A stretch of 64,000 nt of DNA from Vulcanimicrobiota bacterium (GCA_963723515.1 CAVRQT010000001.1:32001-96000), one strand, 5' to 3'. Counted from the first letter of the stretch, positions 1 through 10,397 are shown. Notes: a model not told the origin generated them from the letters alone. Numbers and translations: made by a program.

Positions 1-22
1 GCCGAACCTTCTGAGCGTTCCC

Positions 23-1423
23 ATGGCGAGCGTCTACATAGAAACGTTCGGCTGTCAGATGAATGAGGCCGATTCGCAATACATCGCGCGACGAGCGCTA
101 TCGGCCGGGTATACGATCGCGGCGCAGCCGCATCACGCAAGCGTCGTGGTCCTCAACACGTGCACCGTCCGCGAGCATGCCGAACGCAGGGCTTACGGTC
201 GCATGGCGCACTTAGGCGTCCTGAAATCTGCGAACCGACACCTCAAGCTTGTCGTTACGGGATGTCTCGCCGAGCAAGATCGAGATCGCATGCAACGTCG
301 CATGCCGCACGTCGATGCGGTGTTTGGAACGAGCGAGCTTGCTTCGCTCGGTGATGCGCTGACGACTTGGCGTTCCGATTTTGAGGAGACTGAGACAACG
401 CAAGTGCAAGAACTGCTGGAACCGCTCGGCGGTCAAGCGGATTGCATCACGGATCGGTTCACCGATTTGCGCGCCTTCGTCACGGTGCAGCGCGGCTGCT
501 CGTACTACTGCACGTTTTGCATCGTCCCGCACGTACGCGGCCGTTTCGACCATCGGCCAATGGTGGACATTCTGAGCGACGTGCGGGAAAAGGTGCGCGC
601 AGGCGCGCGGGAGGTTATGCTTGTCGGCCAGACCGTCAACTCTTATCGCGACCCTTCGGGCGCCGATTTTGGCACACTCGTGCGGGCCGCCGGGAGCATC
701 GCAGGACTAGAGCGGCTGTCGTTTATCTCGCCGCACCCCAAAGATTTCACCGACAAGATCGTGCGCGATCTCGCGGCTGTGCCGCAACTGAATCCGCGAC
801 TGCATCTGCCGCTCCAATCAGCAAGTGATGGCGTTCTGCGCCGCATGAACCGCAAGTACACGCTCGCGCAATATGAGGAGAAGCTGGCCCTCTTCACGGA
901 GCATTTACCGAATTGGGCGGTCACGACGGACCTGATCGTGGGCTTTCCCGGCGAAAGCGATGCGGATTTCGAGCAAACGCTGCATTTTTGCGAGCGCGTG
1001 CAGTTCGCACAGGCGTTCATGTTCATCTACTCGCCGCGCCAAGGAACTCCAGCGGCAAAGTGGGAGCAGGTGCCCGCTGAAGTGAGCGCCGCGCGCTTCA
1101 AGCGGCTGACCGACGCGCAAAATGCGGCGACTGTTTCATACCATCGAAAAAAGATCGGCACGCGCGTACGCGCATTAATCGTCGGACCGTCGAAGAAAGA
1201 CCGTACGAAGATTGCTGCCAAGACGACCGACAACGTTACTGTCATCGCGGCGCAGCCGCCCAACTTCGATCCTGCCGAATACGCTGCAACGCCTTGGCTC
1301 GATATCAACGTCGATGCGGCGCACGTCTGGGGTTGCCAAGGCGTTATCGTGCGCCGCGCCGAGCGCTACGGCGAAAACGGAGTGTTCGTGCCGTCACCGG
1401 CGCTCGATTTGATCGCGCTCTAG
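23..1423 (+). CDS. miaB: tRNA-2-methylthio-N6-dimethylallyladenosine synthase MiaB
   Basis: N-terminal TFGCQMNEADS and NTCTVRE motifs; radical SAM GCSYYCTFCIVP; TDLIVGFPGE; YSPRQGTPA; miaA nearby. Confidence 0.95.
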   Translation: MASVYIETFGCQMNEADSQYIARRALSAGYTIAAQPHHASVVVLNTCTVREHAERRAYGRMAHLGVLKSANRHLKLVVTGCLAEQDRDRMQRRMPHVDAVFGTSELASLGDALTTWRSDFEETETTQVQELLEPLGGQADCITDRFTDLRAFVTVQRGCSYYCTFCIVPHVRGRFDHRPMVDILSDVREKVRAGAREVMLVGQTVNSYRDPSGADFGTLVRAAGSIAGLERLSFISPHPKDFTDKIVRDLAAVPQLNPRLHLPLQSASDGVLRRMNRKYTLAQYEEKLALFTEHLPNWAVTTDLIVGFPGESDADFEQTLHFCERVQFAQAFMFIYSPRQGTPAAKWEQVPAEVSAARFKRLTDAQNAATVSYHRKKIGTRVRALIVGPSKKDRTKIAAKTTDNVTVIAAQPPNFDPAEYAATPWLDINVDAAHVWGCQGVIVRRAERYGENGVFVPSPALDLIAL

Positions 1424-1437
1424 CATTCAATCAGAAG

Positions 1438-1446
1438 TTATCCACA
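1438..1446 (+). promoter_or_regulatory. Perfect DnaA box (TTATCCACA) between miaB and mutS
   Basis: Exact 9-mer consensus in the 89-bp intergenic gap; single copy only. Confidence 0.35.
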
Positions 1447-1467
1447 GCGAACCCAACGAACCGTGCA

Positions 1468-1505
1468 GCTTGTGCGCAGCGCAGCCTGCACTGAGCGACG
1501 TCGAA
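1468..1505 (+). repeat. REP-like hairpin repeat copy (GCCTGCACTGAGCGACGTCGAA, 1484-1505) preceded by a partial copy
   Basis: Matches the family consensus GCYTGTSCTGAGC-N2-3-GTCGAAGS seen at 38658, 41064, 47100, 54154, 60447. Confidence 0.65.
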
Positions 1506-1512
1506 CTGTAAG

Positions 1513-3981
1513 ATGACCGCCTACTCGCCGATGCTCGATCAGTATTTCGGAATGAAAGCGCGCCATCCGGAAGCGCTGCTGCTCTCGCGCGTAGGCGATT
1601 TCTACGAAGCGTACGGTGAAGATGCGGAAACGGTCGCGCGTGCGCTCTCAATTGCACTGACGTCGAAGGAAGCCGGCGGCGGGAAACGCGTTGCGATGGC
1701 GGGGGTGCCTCACCATGCGCTCGCGCAATACCTGCAGCGGCTTGTCGATCAGCGTTGGATCGTCGCGCTTGCGGAACAACTCGAGCTCCCTCAACCGAAC
1801 AAGCTCGTGCGGCGGGACGTCGTGCGAATCATCACGCCCGGAACGCTCATTGAAGAGAATCTCCTTGACAACAAACAAGACAATTACTTAGCCGCCGTCA
1901 CGCTGACCGGCGACACATTCGCGTTGGCGTATGCGGATGTCTCAACGGGTCGTGCCGCTGCAACGGCGCTCGACGGGGACGATGCCTACGATGAGCTGCT
2001 CGCGGAAATGGAGCGCATCGGTCCGGCGGAGATCGTTGCCGATGTGCCTGCCGGCGTGCGGGCGACGATGACTTCGTCGCTCGAGAGCCTTGGTGCGCGC
2101 CTCGTCACGCCGGGACTTTCCGCAGTCGAGCAGCGCGAGCGTAAGGCGCTGGCCGGTTTTTCGCTTGACGCGTCGCTCGCCATGCATCAGGCGCTTGACG
2201 CACTGACCGCGTTCGTTCGCAAGACCGGCGTTACCGCCGGCGATGCGCTCTCGGCGCCGGAGTATTACCGTCGCCAAACCTTCTTAGCGCTTGACGCGCA
2301 CACGCGCAAGAATCTCGAGCTCACGCTCGCGCAAGGCGCCAACCCTAAGGCGTCGCTCCTTGCAACGCTCGATCGTTGCGCGACGTCGATGGGATCGCGA
2401 ATGCTCTCGCGTTGGATTTCGGCGCCGCTTATCGACCTGGCCCAAATTACTTCACGAGCCGACTGCGTCGAGGTCTTGCTAAACGAGCCGGTGAGACGCG
2501 AGGCGATCCAGGAGTTGCTGCGAGGTTGCTTCGACCTCGAGCGCATTGCGCAAAAAGTTCGTTTCCGGCGTGCCGGCCCGCGCGATCTCGTTTCGCTGCG
2601 GCGCACGCTCGAAGTCATGCGTCCGCTGCGTTCCGTGGCGCCGCCTCCGCTGATTTCATGCGTTGAACGGATCGGCGCGTTCGACGACGTTCTGGAGCTC
2701 TTGCAGCGTGCCATCGTCGATGACCCGCCGGTTCAGGTCTCGGACGGCGGCGCGATTCGTCCGGAGTTCGACGCCGAGCTTGCCGAATGCGTCGCCTTGC
2801 GAAGTGATGGCCGAACGAGGCTGAACGAGCTCGAACAGCGCGAGCGCGAACGCACGGGCATAAAGTCGCTCAAGGTTCGGTACGCGAGTGCTTTCGGCTA
2901 TGCGATCGAAATTTCGCGCGCGAACCTTGGCGTCGTCCCGCCCGAATACGTGCGCAAACAGACGCTCACATCCGGCGAACGATTTGTCACGCCGGAGCTA
3001 AAGGAACTCGAGATTGCAATATCGAGCGCACAAAGCCGGCAGTCGCGCCTCGAGCAACGGCTCTTTGACGAAATCGTGGATCGCATCGCTGTCGGCGTCG
3101 CAGATCTTCTGCGCAGCGCCGATGCGGTAGCACAGCTCGACGTGATTTGTTCTCTCGCACAATGCGCTGCCGAGCGCGGCTACATTCGGCCAACCTTCCG
3201 TAACGAGAGCCGAATCGAGATCGCGGAGGGCCGCCATCCGGTCATGGAGCCGATTTTGCGCAAGGATTTTGTGCCGAACGATTTGCGACTCGAAGAGGAC
3301 GACCAACGCTTCATCGTCTTGACCGGTCCCAACATGGGCGGCAAATCAACGTATCTGCGTCAGACGGCGCTGCTGGTCATCATGGCGCAGATCGGCTCTT
3401 TTGTACCGGCAAAATCGATGCAGCTCGGCATCGTCGATCGCATCTTCACGCGCATCGGCGCCGGTGACGACTTGGCATCGGGTCAATCGACGTTTTACCT
3501 GGAAATGGCGGAAGCGGCCGGAATCCTACGCCGCTGCACGTCGCGCAGTCTGCTGCTGATCGATGAAGTGGGTCGCGGAACTGGAACGGTTGACGGTCTC
3601 TCGATCGCGCAGGCAATCTGTGAATTCTTGCTGAGCTTGGAAGATCAAGCGCCGATGGTGCTCTTCGCGACGCACTTCCACGAGCTCGTGACGCTCGCGA
3701 CGCACCACAGCCGCGTCGTAAATTTTCATTTGACTGCCGTCGAAAGCAGTGCCCACGGCGTTCCCATCTTCTCGCATCGCGTGCTGCCGGGAAGCTCATC
3801 GCGGTCGTTCGGCATCGAAGTCGCGAAGATGGCCGGCTTGCCGGATGCCGTTATCGACCGCGCTCAAGAAATCTCCGATGCGCTTTGTGGACGCCCAGCC
3901 CTCGAAGAGCAAGTACCGCTAAAGCGTAAATTGGCGAAGGTCGTGCCGCCTGACCGTCAGCTGCATCTCTTGAGCGAGTGA
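1513..3981 (+). CDS. mutS: DNA mismatch repair protein MutS
   Basis: RVGDFYE mismatch-binding motif; TGPNMGGKSTY Walker A; STFYLEM; IDEVGRGT; FATHFHEL. Confidence 0.97.
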   Translation: MTAYSPMLDQYFGMKARHPEALLLSRVGDFYEAYGEDAETVARALSIALTSKEAGGGKRVAMAGVPHHALAQYLQRLVDQRWIVALAEQLELPQPNKLVRRDVVRIITPGTLIEENLLDNKQDNYLAAVTLTGDTFALAYADVSTGRAAATALDGDDAYDELLAEMERIGPAEIVADVPAGVRATMTSSLESLGARLVTPGLSAVEQRERKALAGFSLDASLAMHQALDALTAFVRKTGVTAGDALSAPEYYRRQTFLALDAHTRKNLELTLAQGANPKASLLATLDRCATSMGSRMLSRWISAPLIDLAQITSRADCVEVLLNEPVRREAIQELLRGCFDLERIAQKVRFRRAGPRDLVSLRRTLEVMRPLRSVAPPPLISCVERIGAFDDVLELLQRAIVDDPPVQVSDGGAIRPEFDAELAECVALRSDGRTRLNELEQRERERTGIKSLKVRYASAFGYAIEISRANLGVVPPEYVRKQTLTSGERFVTPELKELEIAISSAQSRQSRLEQRLFDEIVDRIAVGVADLLRSADAVAQLDVICSLAQCAAERGYIRPTFRNESRIEIAEGRHPVMEPILRKDFVPNDLRLEEDDQRFIVLTGPNMGGKSTYLRQTALLVIMAQIGSFVPAKSMQLGIVDRIFTRIGAGDDLASGQSTFYLEMAEAAGILRRCTSRSLLLIDEVGRGTGTVDGLSIAQAICEFLLSLEDQAPMVLFATHFHELVTLATHHSRVVNFHLTAVESSAHGVPIFSHRVLPGSSSRSFGIEVAKMAGLPDAVIDRAQEISDALCGRPALEEQVPLKRKLAKVVPPDRQLHLLSE

Positions 3982-5654
3982 TTCAGCTACTCGATCAGCA
4001 GACAATCGGGCAAATCGCCGCCGGCGAGGTCATCGAACGGCCGCTTTCCGTCGTCAAGGAGCTCGTCGAGAATTCGATCGATGCGCATGCGGCGCGTGTC
4101 GACGTCAGCATCGAGGAAGGCGGCCTGACTTCGATCCAAGTGCGCGACGACGGCGATGGTATTTCGCCGGAGCAACTTCCGCTCGCCGTCCGACGCCATG
4201 CAACGAGCAAGTTGCATGCAGTCCTAGACCTTGAATCGATTCGTACGCTGGGTTTCCGTGGCGAAGGGCTCGCGAGCATTGCCGCGGTTGCGCGAACGCG
4301 CGTGGTGTCGCGCACCGGCGGCGCGCAAATTGGTGCTGCGATCGAGGCGTTCGGCGAAACGATCGGCGCCGCTCGGCCGGCTGCCGCGGCGCCCGGCACG
4401 ACCGTTGAAGCGCGCGACCTTTTCGTCAACGTGCCGGTCCGTCGTGAATACTTGCGCTCGCCGGCGGCAGAGTTTCGTCGCATCTCGAGTTGGCTCGCGA
4501 CCTTCGCGCTTGGATATCCAAGCGTCACCTTCTCATTGACTCACGACGGCAAAGCGGTTTGGATCATGCCGGCCGCGAGAGATCCACAGCAACGGCTTCG
4601 CGCCGTTTTCGGTAAAGATGCGGCAACGCATCTGCTGCCGCTAAACGGCGATGGCGCGCGCGATCTGCAGGGCGACGTTTCCGGCTTTATCAGCGCACCA
4701 GGTCACGACCGGCTGGATCGACGGATGCAACTGCTCTTTGTCAACGGCCGGCTGTTGCGCAGCACATTGCTGGCAGGCGCATGGACCGCGGCATACTCGA
4801 CTTTTGCAATGGTGGGACGCAATCCGTACGGTGTGCTCTTCTTGAGGTTGCCCGCCGACCACGTCGATGCAAACGTGCACCCGACAAAGAGCGACGTCCG
4901 ATTGCGTTTCAGCCGGCACGTCTTCGAATCAGTGCGTCGCGCCCTTTCCGCGACATTGCGCTCGAACGCGAGCGCATCGTTTCGAAATGCCGTTTCGCTT
5001 GCGCCGGATGCAGTCGACACCAGCCTCGCCCACCTGCAGACGCTTTTCGAAGCTGCGCCATACGATGAACAGCAGCCGAGCGAATACGCCGGCTCAGCAA
5101 GGAGACGAATTCTGGGCCAACTTGCCGAGACGTACATCGTTGCCACGGATGGACGCGCATTGATCCTCGTCGACCAACATGCGGCTCACGAGCGCATCGC
5201 CTACGAAACCATCGTGGCAAACGCAAGGAATTCGAGCATTGCCGAGCCGTTGCTCGTTCCGCTGACGTTCGAACTGAATGCCGAGCAGAACGAATCGCTC
5301 GAAAACGCCGTGCCTCTGCTTTTCGAAGCCGGCCTCCAAATTGAAGAATTCGGCGAACGGTCTTATCGCATCGTCGCTACGCCGGCAGGTTACGGCGCCC
5401 GCGCGTTCGATCTCCACGGTTTTTTGGGCGATCTGCTTGCGGCGCCCGCAGGAAGCGACGTGCGCGAGCGCGTTTGGGCGTCTTTGGCATGCCACTCCGT
5501 TACGCGCGCCGGCGAGCGGCTGGAACCTTCCGAAATGTCAACTTTGATCGAACGGTTGCAACTGTGCTCCAACCCGATGCACTGCCCGCACGGTCGCCCA
5601 ACGGTCGTGCGGCTCGATGACGACGCACTCTCGAAGTTATTCAAGCGGATCTAA
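3978..5654 (+). CDS. mutL: DNA mismatch repair endonuclease MutL
   Basis: IAAGEVIERP, KELVENSIDA, GFRGEGLASI; endonuclease motif DQHAAHERIAYE; ACH and CPHGRP. Confidence 0.97.
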   Translation: MIQLLDQQTIGQIAAGEVIERPLSVVKELVENSIDAHAARVDVSIEEGGLTSIQVRDDGDGISPEQLPLAVRRHATSKLHAVLDLESIRTLGFRGEGLASIAAVARTRVVSRTGGAQIGAAIEAFGETIGAARPAAAAPGTTVEARDLFVNVPVRREYLRSPAAEFRRISSWLATFALGYPSVTFSLTHDGKAVWIMPAARDPQQRLRAVFGKDAATHLLPLNGDGARDLQGDVSGFISAPGHDRLDRRMQLLFVNGRLLRSTLLAGAWTAAYSTFAMVGRNPYGVLFLRLPADHVDANVHPTKSDVRLRFSRHVFESVRRALSATLRSNASASFRNAVSLAPDAVDTSLAHLQTLFEAAPYDEQQPSEYAGSARRRILGQLAETYIVATDGRALILVDQHAAHERIAYETIVANARNSSIAEPLLVPLTFELNAEQNESLENAVPLLFEAGLQIEEFGERSYRIVATPAGYGARAFDLHGFLGDLLAAPAGSDVRERVWASLACHSVTRAGERLEPSEMSTLIERLQLCSNPMHCPHGRPTVVRLDDDALSKLFKRI

Positions 5655-6555
5655 TGCGGGCGTCCTAGTCCTTGCCGGCGTCACGGCATCGGGCAAGACA
5701 GCCTTGGCGACCGCATTAGCGCGACGATTCAATGCGGAGATCATTGGAGCTGACTCGCGGCAGATCTATCGGGGCATGACGATCGGGACAGCGGCGCCGA
5801 CTCCGAGAGAGCGTGCGGCCGCGCCACACCATCTGATCGAAATCATCGAACCGGGGGAGCGATACTCCGCGGCGCAATTTAGCTATGACGCGCTGGCCCG
5901 CATCAACGATATCCACGCGCGAGGTAAGCGCGCGATTGTTGCGGGCGGCACCGGCTTCTACGTACGCGCACTGACCGGCGCGGTTGCGCTTTGCCCACCG
6001 GGAGAGCCGGAGGTCCGTGAACGGCTCACAATCGAGTCGCGACTGCACGACGCTGCGTTCTTGCATGATTGGTTCTCGTTGCGCGACCGCGCAAGGGCCG
6101 CTCTGATTGCGCCTCAAGATCGCTATCGCGTTTTACGTGGTCTCGAGATAGCGTTGATGCGAGGTCCTTCGCGACCGTCCCCGCGCGCCGTCTCGCTCCT
6201 TACGGCTGGGATACCGTTCGCGAAAGCGTTCATTGACGTTGACGATAGACTGCTGGAGCAGCGGATCGAGGGACGCGTTGATGCGATGCTCGCTGCCGGT
6301 TTCATCGAAGAAGCAGAACGCGTCGGTGCGCAAGCCGTTGCTGCATCGGCAGTCGGTTATCTGCAGGCGCTCGCCTATTTGCGGGGATGGTCAACGTTCT
6401 CCGAACTCCGTAAGAACATCATCCGCGCAACGCTCCGCTACGCGAAGCGCCAGCGAACGTGGTTTCGCAGTGAGCCGCAAACGATATGGTTGCGAGGCGA
6501 CAATCTGCTTTGCGACATCGAGAAATTGGCAAGGGAAAAACTCGGATGGGCATGA
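5617..6555 (+). CDS. miaA: tRNA dimethylallyltransferase MiaA
   Basis: GVTASGKT P-loop; ADSRQIYRGMTIGTA; GGTGFY; YAKRQRTWFR; mutL-miaA-hfq synteny. Confidence 0.95.
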   Translation: MTTHSRSYSSGSNAGVLVLAGVTASGKTALATALARRFNAEIIGADSRQIYRGMTIGTAAPTPRERAAAPHHLIEIIEPGERYSAAQFSYDALARINDIHARGKRAIVAGGTGFYVRALTGAVALCPPGEPEVRERLTIESRLHDAAFLHDWFSLRDRARAALIAPQDRYRVLRGLEIALMRGPSRPSPRAVSLLTAGIPFAKAFIDVDDRLLEQRIEGRVDAMLAAGFIEEAERVGAQAVAASAVGYLQALAYLRGWSTFSELRKNIIRATLRYAKRQRTWFRSEPQTIWLRGDNLLCDIEKLAREKLGWA

Positions 6556-6827
6556 AGGCCGCTCGCATGGCCGCGACCAATGCGCCGCGCGCGTTGCCCT
6601 TGCAGGACGGTTATCTCGCGGAGATCCGGCGTCTCAACGTTCCGGTGACCATTTACTTAGTGAACGGGTTTCAACTGCGCGGTATCGTGAAGGGATTCGA
6701 CGCCTTTACGATTCTGCTCGAATACGAGCGGAAGACGCATCTGGTCTATAAGCACGCCGTTTCAACTGTGTCGCCGCAAAACGCATTCACTCCGAACGGA
6801 GCGGCCGAACAAGCGCCGCAAACTTGA
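6552..6827 (+). CDS. hfq: RNA chaperone Hfq
   Basis: LQDGYL..VTIYLVNGFQLRG..FD.F..LVYKHAVST Sm motifs; ATGA overlap with miaA stop. Confidence 0.95.
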   Translation: MKAARMAATNAPRALPLQDGYLAEIRRLNVPVTIYLVNGFQLRGIVKGFDAFTILLEYERKTHLVYKHAVSTVSPQNAFTPNGAAEQAPQT

Positions 6828-7618
6828 AAGTGCTCGTGCCGCTGACGAAGCTGCACGGCACAGGCAACGACTTCGTGCTCATCGATGGCCGCGAGCGGCA
6901 GTTCAAAGACTATGCAGCTCTCGCGCGACTGCTGTGCGACCGCCGCATGGGCGTCGGAGCCGACGGCCTGCTTCTCCTCGAACCTTGCGAAGAAGCGGAT
7001 GTCCAGATGCGGATTTTCAATCCGGACGGCTCTCAAGCGCAGATGTGCGGCAACGGCATACGTTGCGTCGCGGCATATCTGCATGACCGAGGCGGGCCGC
7101 CGAACCTTCGCATTGGGACGCTGGCGGGGACGATGTTAACGCAAACCACGAACGACGGAGATCGCAACAGCGTACGCGTGAGCCTTCCGCCGCCGCAGAT
7201 TGAAAGCGCGTTCTCCGATTCAGCGCGCGTCTTTGTGCGCGTTGGAAATCCGCACGTCGTGCTCTTCGTTGACTCGCTGGATGCGGTAAACCTAGCGAGT
7301 GCAGCTCCGGAGATCAGCGCGGCGATCGAAGGCGGCGCAAACGTGCATACGGTGGTGCTGCGTAATCGCAATCGTCTAGAAGTACGGCATTGGGAACGCG
7401 GCGTCGGCGCGACGCTGTCTTGCGGCACCGGAGCGGTCGCGGCGGCTGCCGCCGCGATCTATCGCGGCGATGTGCAATCGCCGGTCGAAGTCATAGCACC
7501 GGGCGGAAAACTGACCGTCGAGCGGGACCGCAACGGTGAGACCTGGTTGACGGGTGAAGCGGTGCGAGTCTTCGATGCGGCGATCGAACTGCCCGAAGAA
7601 ATCGCCGGTGCGTTGTGA
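6824..7618 (+). CDS. dapF: Diaminopimelate epimerase
   Basis: KLHGTGNDF; GVGADG; MCGNGIRC; GNPH; ERGVGATLSCGTG. Confidence 0.95.
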   Translation: MKVLVPLTKLHGTGNDFVLIDGRERQFKDYAALARLLCDRRMGVGADGLLLLEPCEEADVQMRIFNPDGSQAQMCGNGIRCVAAYLHDRGGPPNLRIGTLAGTMLTQTTNDGDRNSVRVSLPPPQIESAFSDSARVFVRVGNPHVVLFVDSLDAVNLASAAPEISAAIEGGANVHTVVLRNRNRLEVRHWERGVGATLSCGTGAVAAAAAAIYRGDVQSPVEVIAPGGKLTVERDRNGETWLTGEAVRVFDAAIELPEEIAGAL

Positions 7619-8820
7619 TTGGGCTCGCTTACTGCGATGCGAAGGGGCGCATTTTCTTCGATCCCGATTGTGAGCCGCTGGCTGACGGCGGCATCGTGCG
7701 CCGAGCGCGCCTCGATGAGCTGATTCCCGCGCCGGCCGGAACGATGCCGATGCTCTTACCGGGCCGTCCGCCTTCCGTGGTTGGATTGACGAAACGGAAC
7801 GAGTATGCGCTGGCCGTCGCGTTGCCGGCAGGCTACACACGGCTGCTTTTACCGAGCTATAGTAAGGAAGTCGGCGCAGCGGCGCTGCCGCTCTTCGGGT
7901 ACACCTTCGCGTGCGTCGTGGATGACGGGCTGCACGTCGCGGCGCTGCAGACCGATGAAGCCGAGGATTGGCAGCCGCGCGCATTTGGAAGCGGCGAGCT
8001 CGAGCGGCTGATCGACCAGCGCATTGCGCTCGATCCCTCAAACCAGGTATTGCAACAGCTCGCGCTTTGTGCGCGCGATTATGGCTGCTTCACGGCGCAG
8101 AACGTCTTTCTTCGGCGTGGTGAAGCCGCGCTGCCGACTTCACCGAGGTGTAACGCACAGTGCGTCGGCTGCATCTCCGAACTCGCGAACGATCGCGGCG
8201 TTCCAGCGCCGCAAACACGCATCGCGTTCGAGGTCAGCACGCAAGAGCTGACGAGAATTGCGATCGAACATTTGGAAGCGGTTCCTGACGGCATCGTTTC
8301 CTTCGGGCAAGGCTGCGAGGGCGAGCCGCTGCTGCGCTCGTTTACGATTGCGGCCGCAATTGAAAAGATTCGCGGGCACGCTGCAAGCGGCATCATTAAC
8401 ATGAACACGAACGGCAGTCAGCCGAGTGCGCTGCGCCGTTGCATTGATGCCGGATTGCAGGCGGTTCGCATCAGCCTAAATTCCTTTCGGACGCAGGTGT
8501 ACTCCGCGTACTATCGGCCGCAAGGCTACACGCTCGATCAGGTCTTGGAAAGCGTTCGGCTTTCCGTCAACGCCGGATTGCGTGTGTCGCTGAATTATCT
8601 GACGCATCCCGGCGTGACCGACGACCGCGCCGAAGTTGAAGCGGCGCATGATTTCTTGCGCAGCATACCGGTGGACATGGTGCAAACGCGCACGCTGAAC
8701 ATCGATCCCGAATGGTATTTTGAAACGGTCGGACGTCCCGAGGAGCCGCTCGGGATGCGCTACGCGCTCGAAGCGCTGCGCGATTGCGTTCGACTCGGGA
8801 ACTTCACTCACACGCACTAA
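7615..8820 (+). CDS. Radical SAM protein of unknown function
   Basis: CxxxCxxC (CNAQCVGC); SFGQGCEGEP; NTNGS; RISLNS. Confidence 0.85.
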   Translation: MIGLAYCDAKGRIFFDPDCEPLADGGIVRRARLDELIPAPAGTMPMLLPGRPPSVVGLTKRNEYALAVALPAGYTRLLLPSYSKEVGAAALPLFGYTFACVVDDGLHVAALQTDEAEDWQPRAFGSGELERLIDQRIALDPSNQVLQQLALCARDYGCFTAQNVFLRRGEAALPTSPRCNAQCVGCISELANDRGVPAPQTRIAFEVSTQELTRIAIEHLEAVPDGIVSFGQGCEGEPLLRSFTIAAAIEKIRGHAASGIINMNTNGSQPSALRRCIDAGLQAVRISLNSFRTQVYSAYYRPQGYTLDQVLESVRLSVNAGLRVSLNYLTHPGVTDDRAEVEAAHDFLRSIPVDMVQTRTLNIDPEWYFETVGRPEEPLGMRYALEALRDCVRLGNFTHTH

Positions 8821-9917
8821 GCGTGACAGCATGGGCGATTGCGCTTTTCGTTCTGGCGGGCATCGTAGCGCGACTCGTTGCGCCGCACGCATTTTCGGCG
8901 GCCCTCGGGCCGCTCGTGCTCGTTATTTTCTTACCGGCGTTGCTCTTCGATGCCGCATGGGATCTGCAGTGGCAATTGCTGCGCAAGCATTGGAAGCCCA
9001 TCGTCATGCTTGCCGTACCGGGCGTCTGCGTCACCGCAGCGATCGTTGCGGCGGCATGTTGGGTGGCCGGCATACCGATCGCGCTCGGTCTGCTGCTTGG
9101 CGCGGTCTTGAGCGCGACGGATCCGGTGGCGATCGTTGCGCTGTTCCGCCGTCTTGCCGTCTCGCGCGCGCTTTTCACGATCGTTGAAGGGGAAGCGCTC
9201 TTCAACGATGGCGTGGCGGTCGTTTTGTACCGCGCGGTTTTGGCAGCGATCGCTCTTGGCGCAGGCGCTGGTCAGGAGTTGACCATCGCTGCCCAAGCAA
9301 TCGGTGGAACGTGCATCGGCATCGCAATAGGCGTCATAACGGCGCTGCTCGCCGGTCGCATGCTGACGCGGACGACCTCGGCGGGTCTACGGATCATCGC
9401 GACGCTCTTCTGCGCCTACGCGACCTACTTCATCGCCGACATGCTGCATGCGTCCGGGATCTTTGCGACGATCGCCGCCGGCATTACGCTGGCGCACTCA
9501 GAGCAAGGTGAACCGTCGTTTTCAGTCGACGAGCAGGTCGACCGCTTTTGGACTGCGTGTGCCTTCATCGCCAACGCCGCCTTATTCTTCTTGATCGGGG
9601 CGACACTCGATCCGCAAGCCGCATTGCGTCAGCCATATGTTGCGCTCGTTACGCTGATCGGGATCGCCGTTGCGCGCATCATTCTCGCGTATGGGTTGCT
9701 GCCTCTCAGCCTGCCGGGTTTGACTCGGGGCTGGAAGCTCGTGGTCGCAGGCGCGATGGTGCGCGGCGCCTTGTGCCTCGCGCTCGTCGTCGACCTCCCC
9801 AGTGCGCTGCCCTATCGAGGGATTCTCATCGACGTCACCTTTACGGTCGTTGCGGTGACGCTTGCGGCGATGTTTCTCTTGCTGCCCGCGATTGTGCGGC
9901 GAGAAAGCGTCTCCTAA
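8784..9917 (+). CDS. CPA1-family cation/H+ antiporter (start may be GTG at 8823)
   Basis: FLPALLFDAA; LSATDPVA; EGEALFNDGVAVV; about 12 hydrophobic segments. Confidence 0.9.
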   Translation: MRSTRELHSHALSVTAWAIALFVLAGIVARLVAPHAFSAALGPLVLVIFLPALLFDAAWDLQWQLLRKHWKPIVMLAVPGVCVTAAIVAAACWVAGIPIALGLLLGAVLSATDPVAIVALFRRLAVSRALFTIVEGEALFNDGVAVVLYRAVLAAIALGAGAGQELTIAAQAIGGTCIGIAIGVITALLAGRMLTRTTSAGLRIIATLFCAYATYFIADMLHASGIFATIAAGITLAHSEQGEPSFSVDEQVDRFWTACAFIANAALFFLIGATLDPQAALRQPYVALVTLIGIAVARIILAYGLLPLSLPGLTRGWKLVVAGAMVRGALCLALVVDLPSALPYRGILIDVTFTVVAVTLAAMFLLLPAIVRRESVS

Positions 9918-9947
9918 AGCGGGCCGAAGCGGCCGAAGCTTACTCCT

Positions 9948-10391
9948 TCAGCCGGCGTTCGTTGAAGCGTAGCTGGTCATCGCCTGGACATGGTCGTTGA
10001 TGATCTGCAAGATGATTTCGGTTGAGGAGATGACGGTTACAGGATCTTCCGGATCCAGCGATTCGAAGATCATCTTGTTGCGCGGATTGTTCACGCGTGC
10101 GATGCAACGTGGCTTGTTCGGTTGTTTTTTCGCAATCAGGACGACAACGAGATTGTCTTCGTCGTCGCCGGTATCCGCAACGACCAGATCGGCTCGCGCG
10201 ATGCCGGCTTGCGCGAGCACTTGTGGGTCGCACCCGTCTCCCACAACCGTAACATCGATCTCCAGCAGCTGCTCGAGTGCCTTGGCCTTGCGCGGTTGCT
10301 TCTCCACGACGACGATTTCGTGACCTTGCTGCAGTAGCGCGCGGGTGAGATAGGAGCCGACTTTGCCGCCGCCGACGATCAAGATGAACAT
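9948..10391 (-). CDS. TrkA-family RCK-N-only NAD-binding protein
   Basis: IVGGGKVG; GDGCDP..L..AGI..AD; TGDDEDN; ARVNNP. Confidence 0.85.
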   Translation of the reverse strand: MFILIVGGGKVGSYLTRALLQQGHEIVVVEKQPRKAKALEQLLEIDVTVVGDGCDPQVLAQAGIARADLVVADTGDDEDNLVVVLIAKKQPNKPRCIARVNNPRNKMIFESLDPEDPVTVISSTEIILQIINDHVQAMTSYASTNAG

Positions 10392-10397
10392 CGTTCG

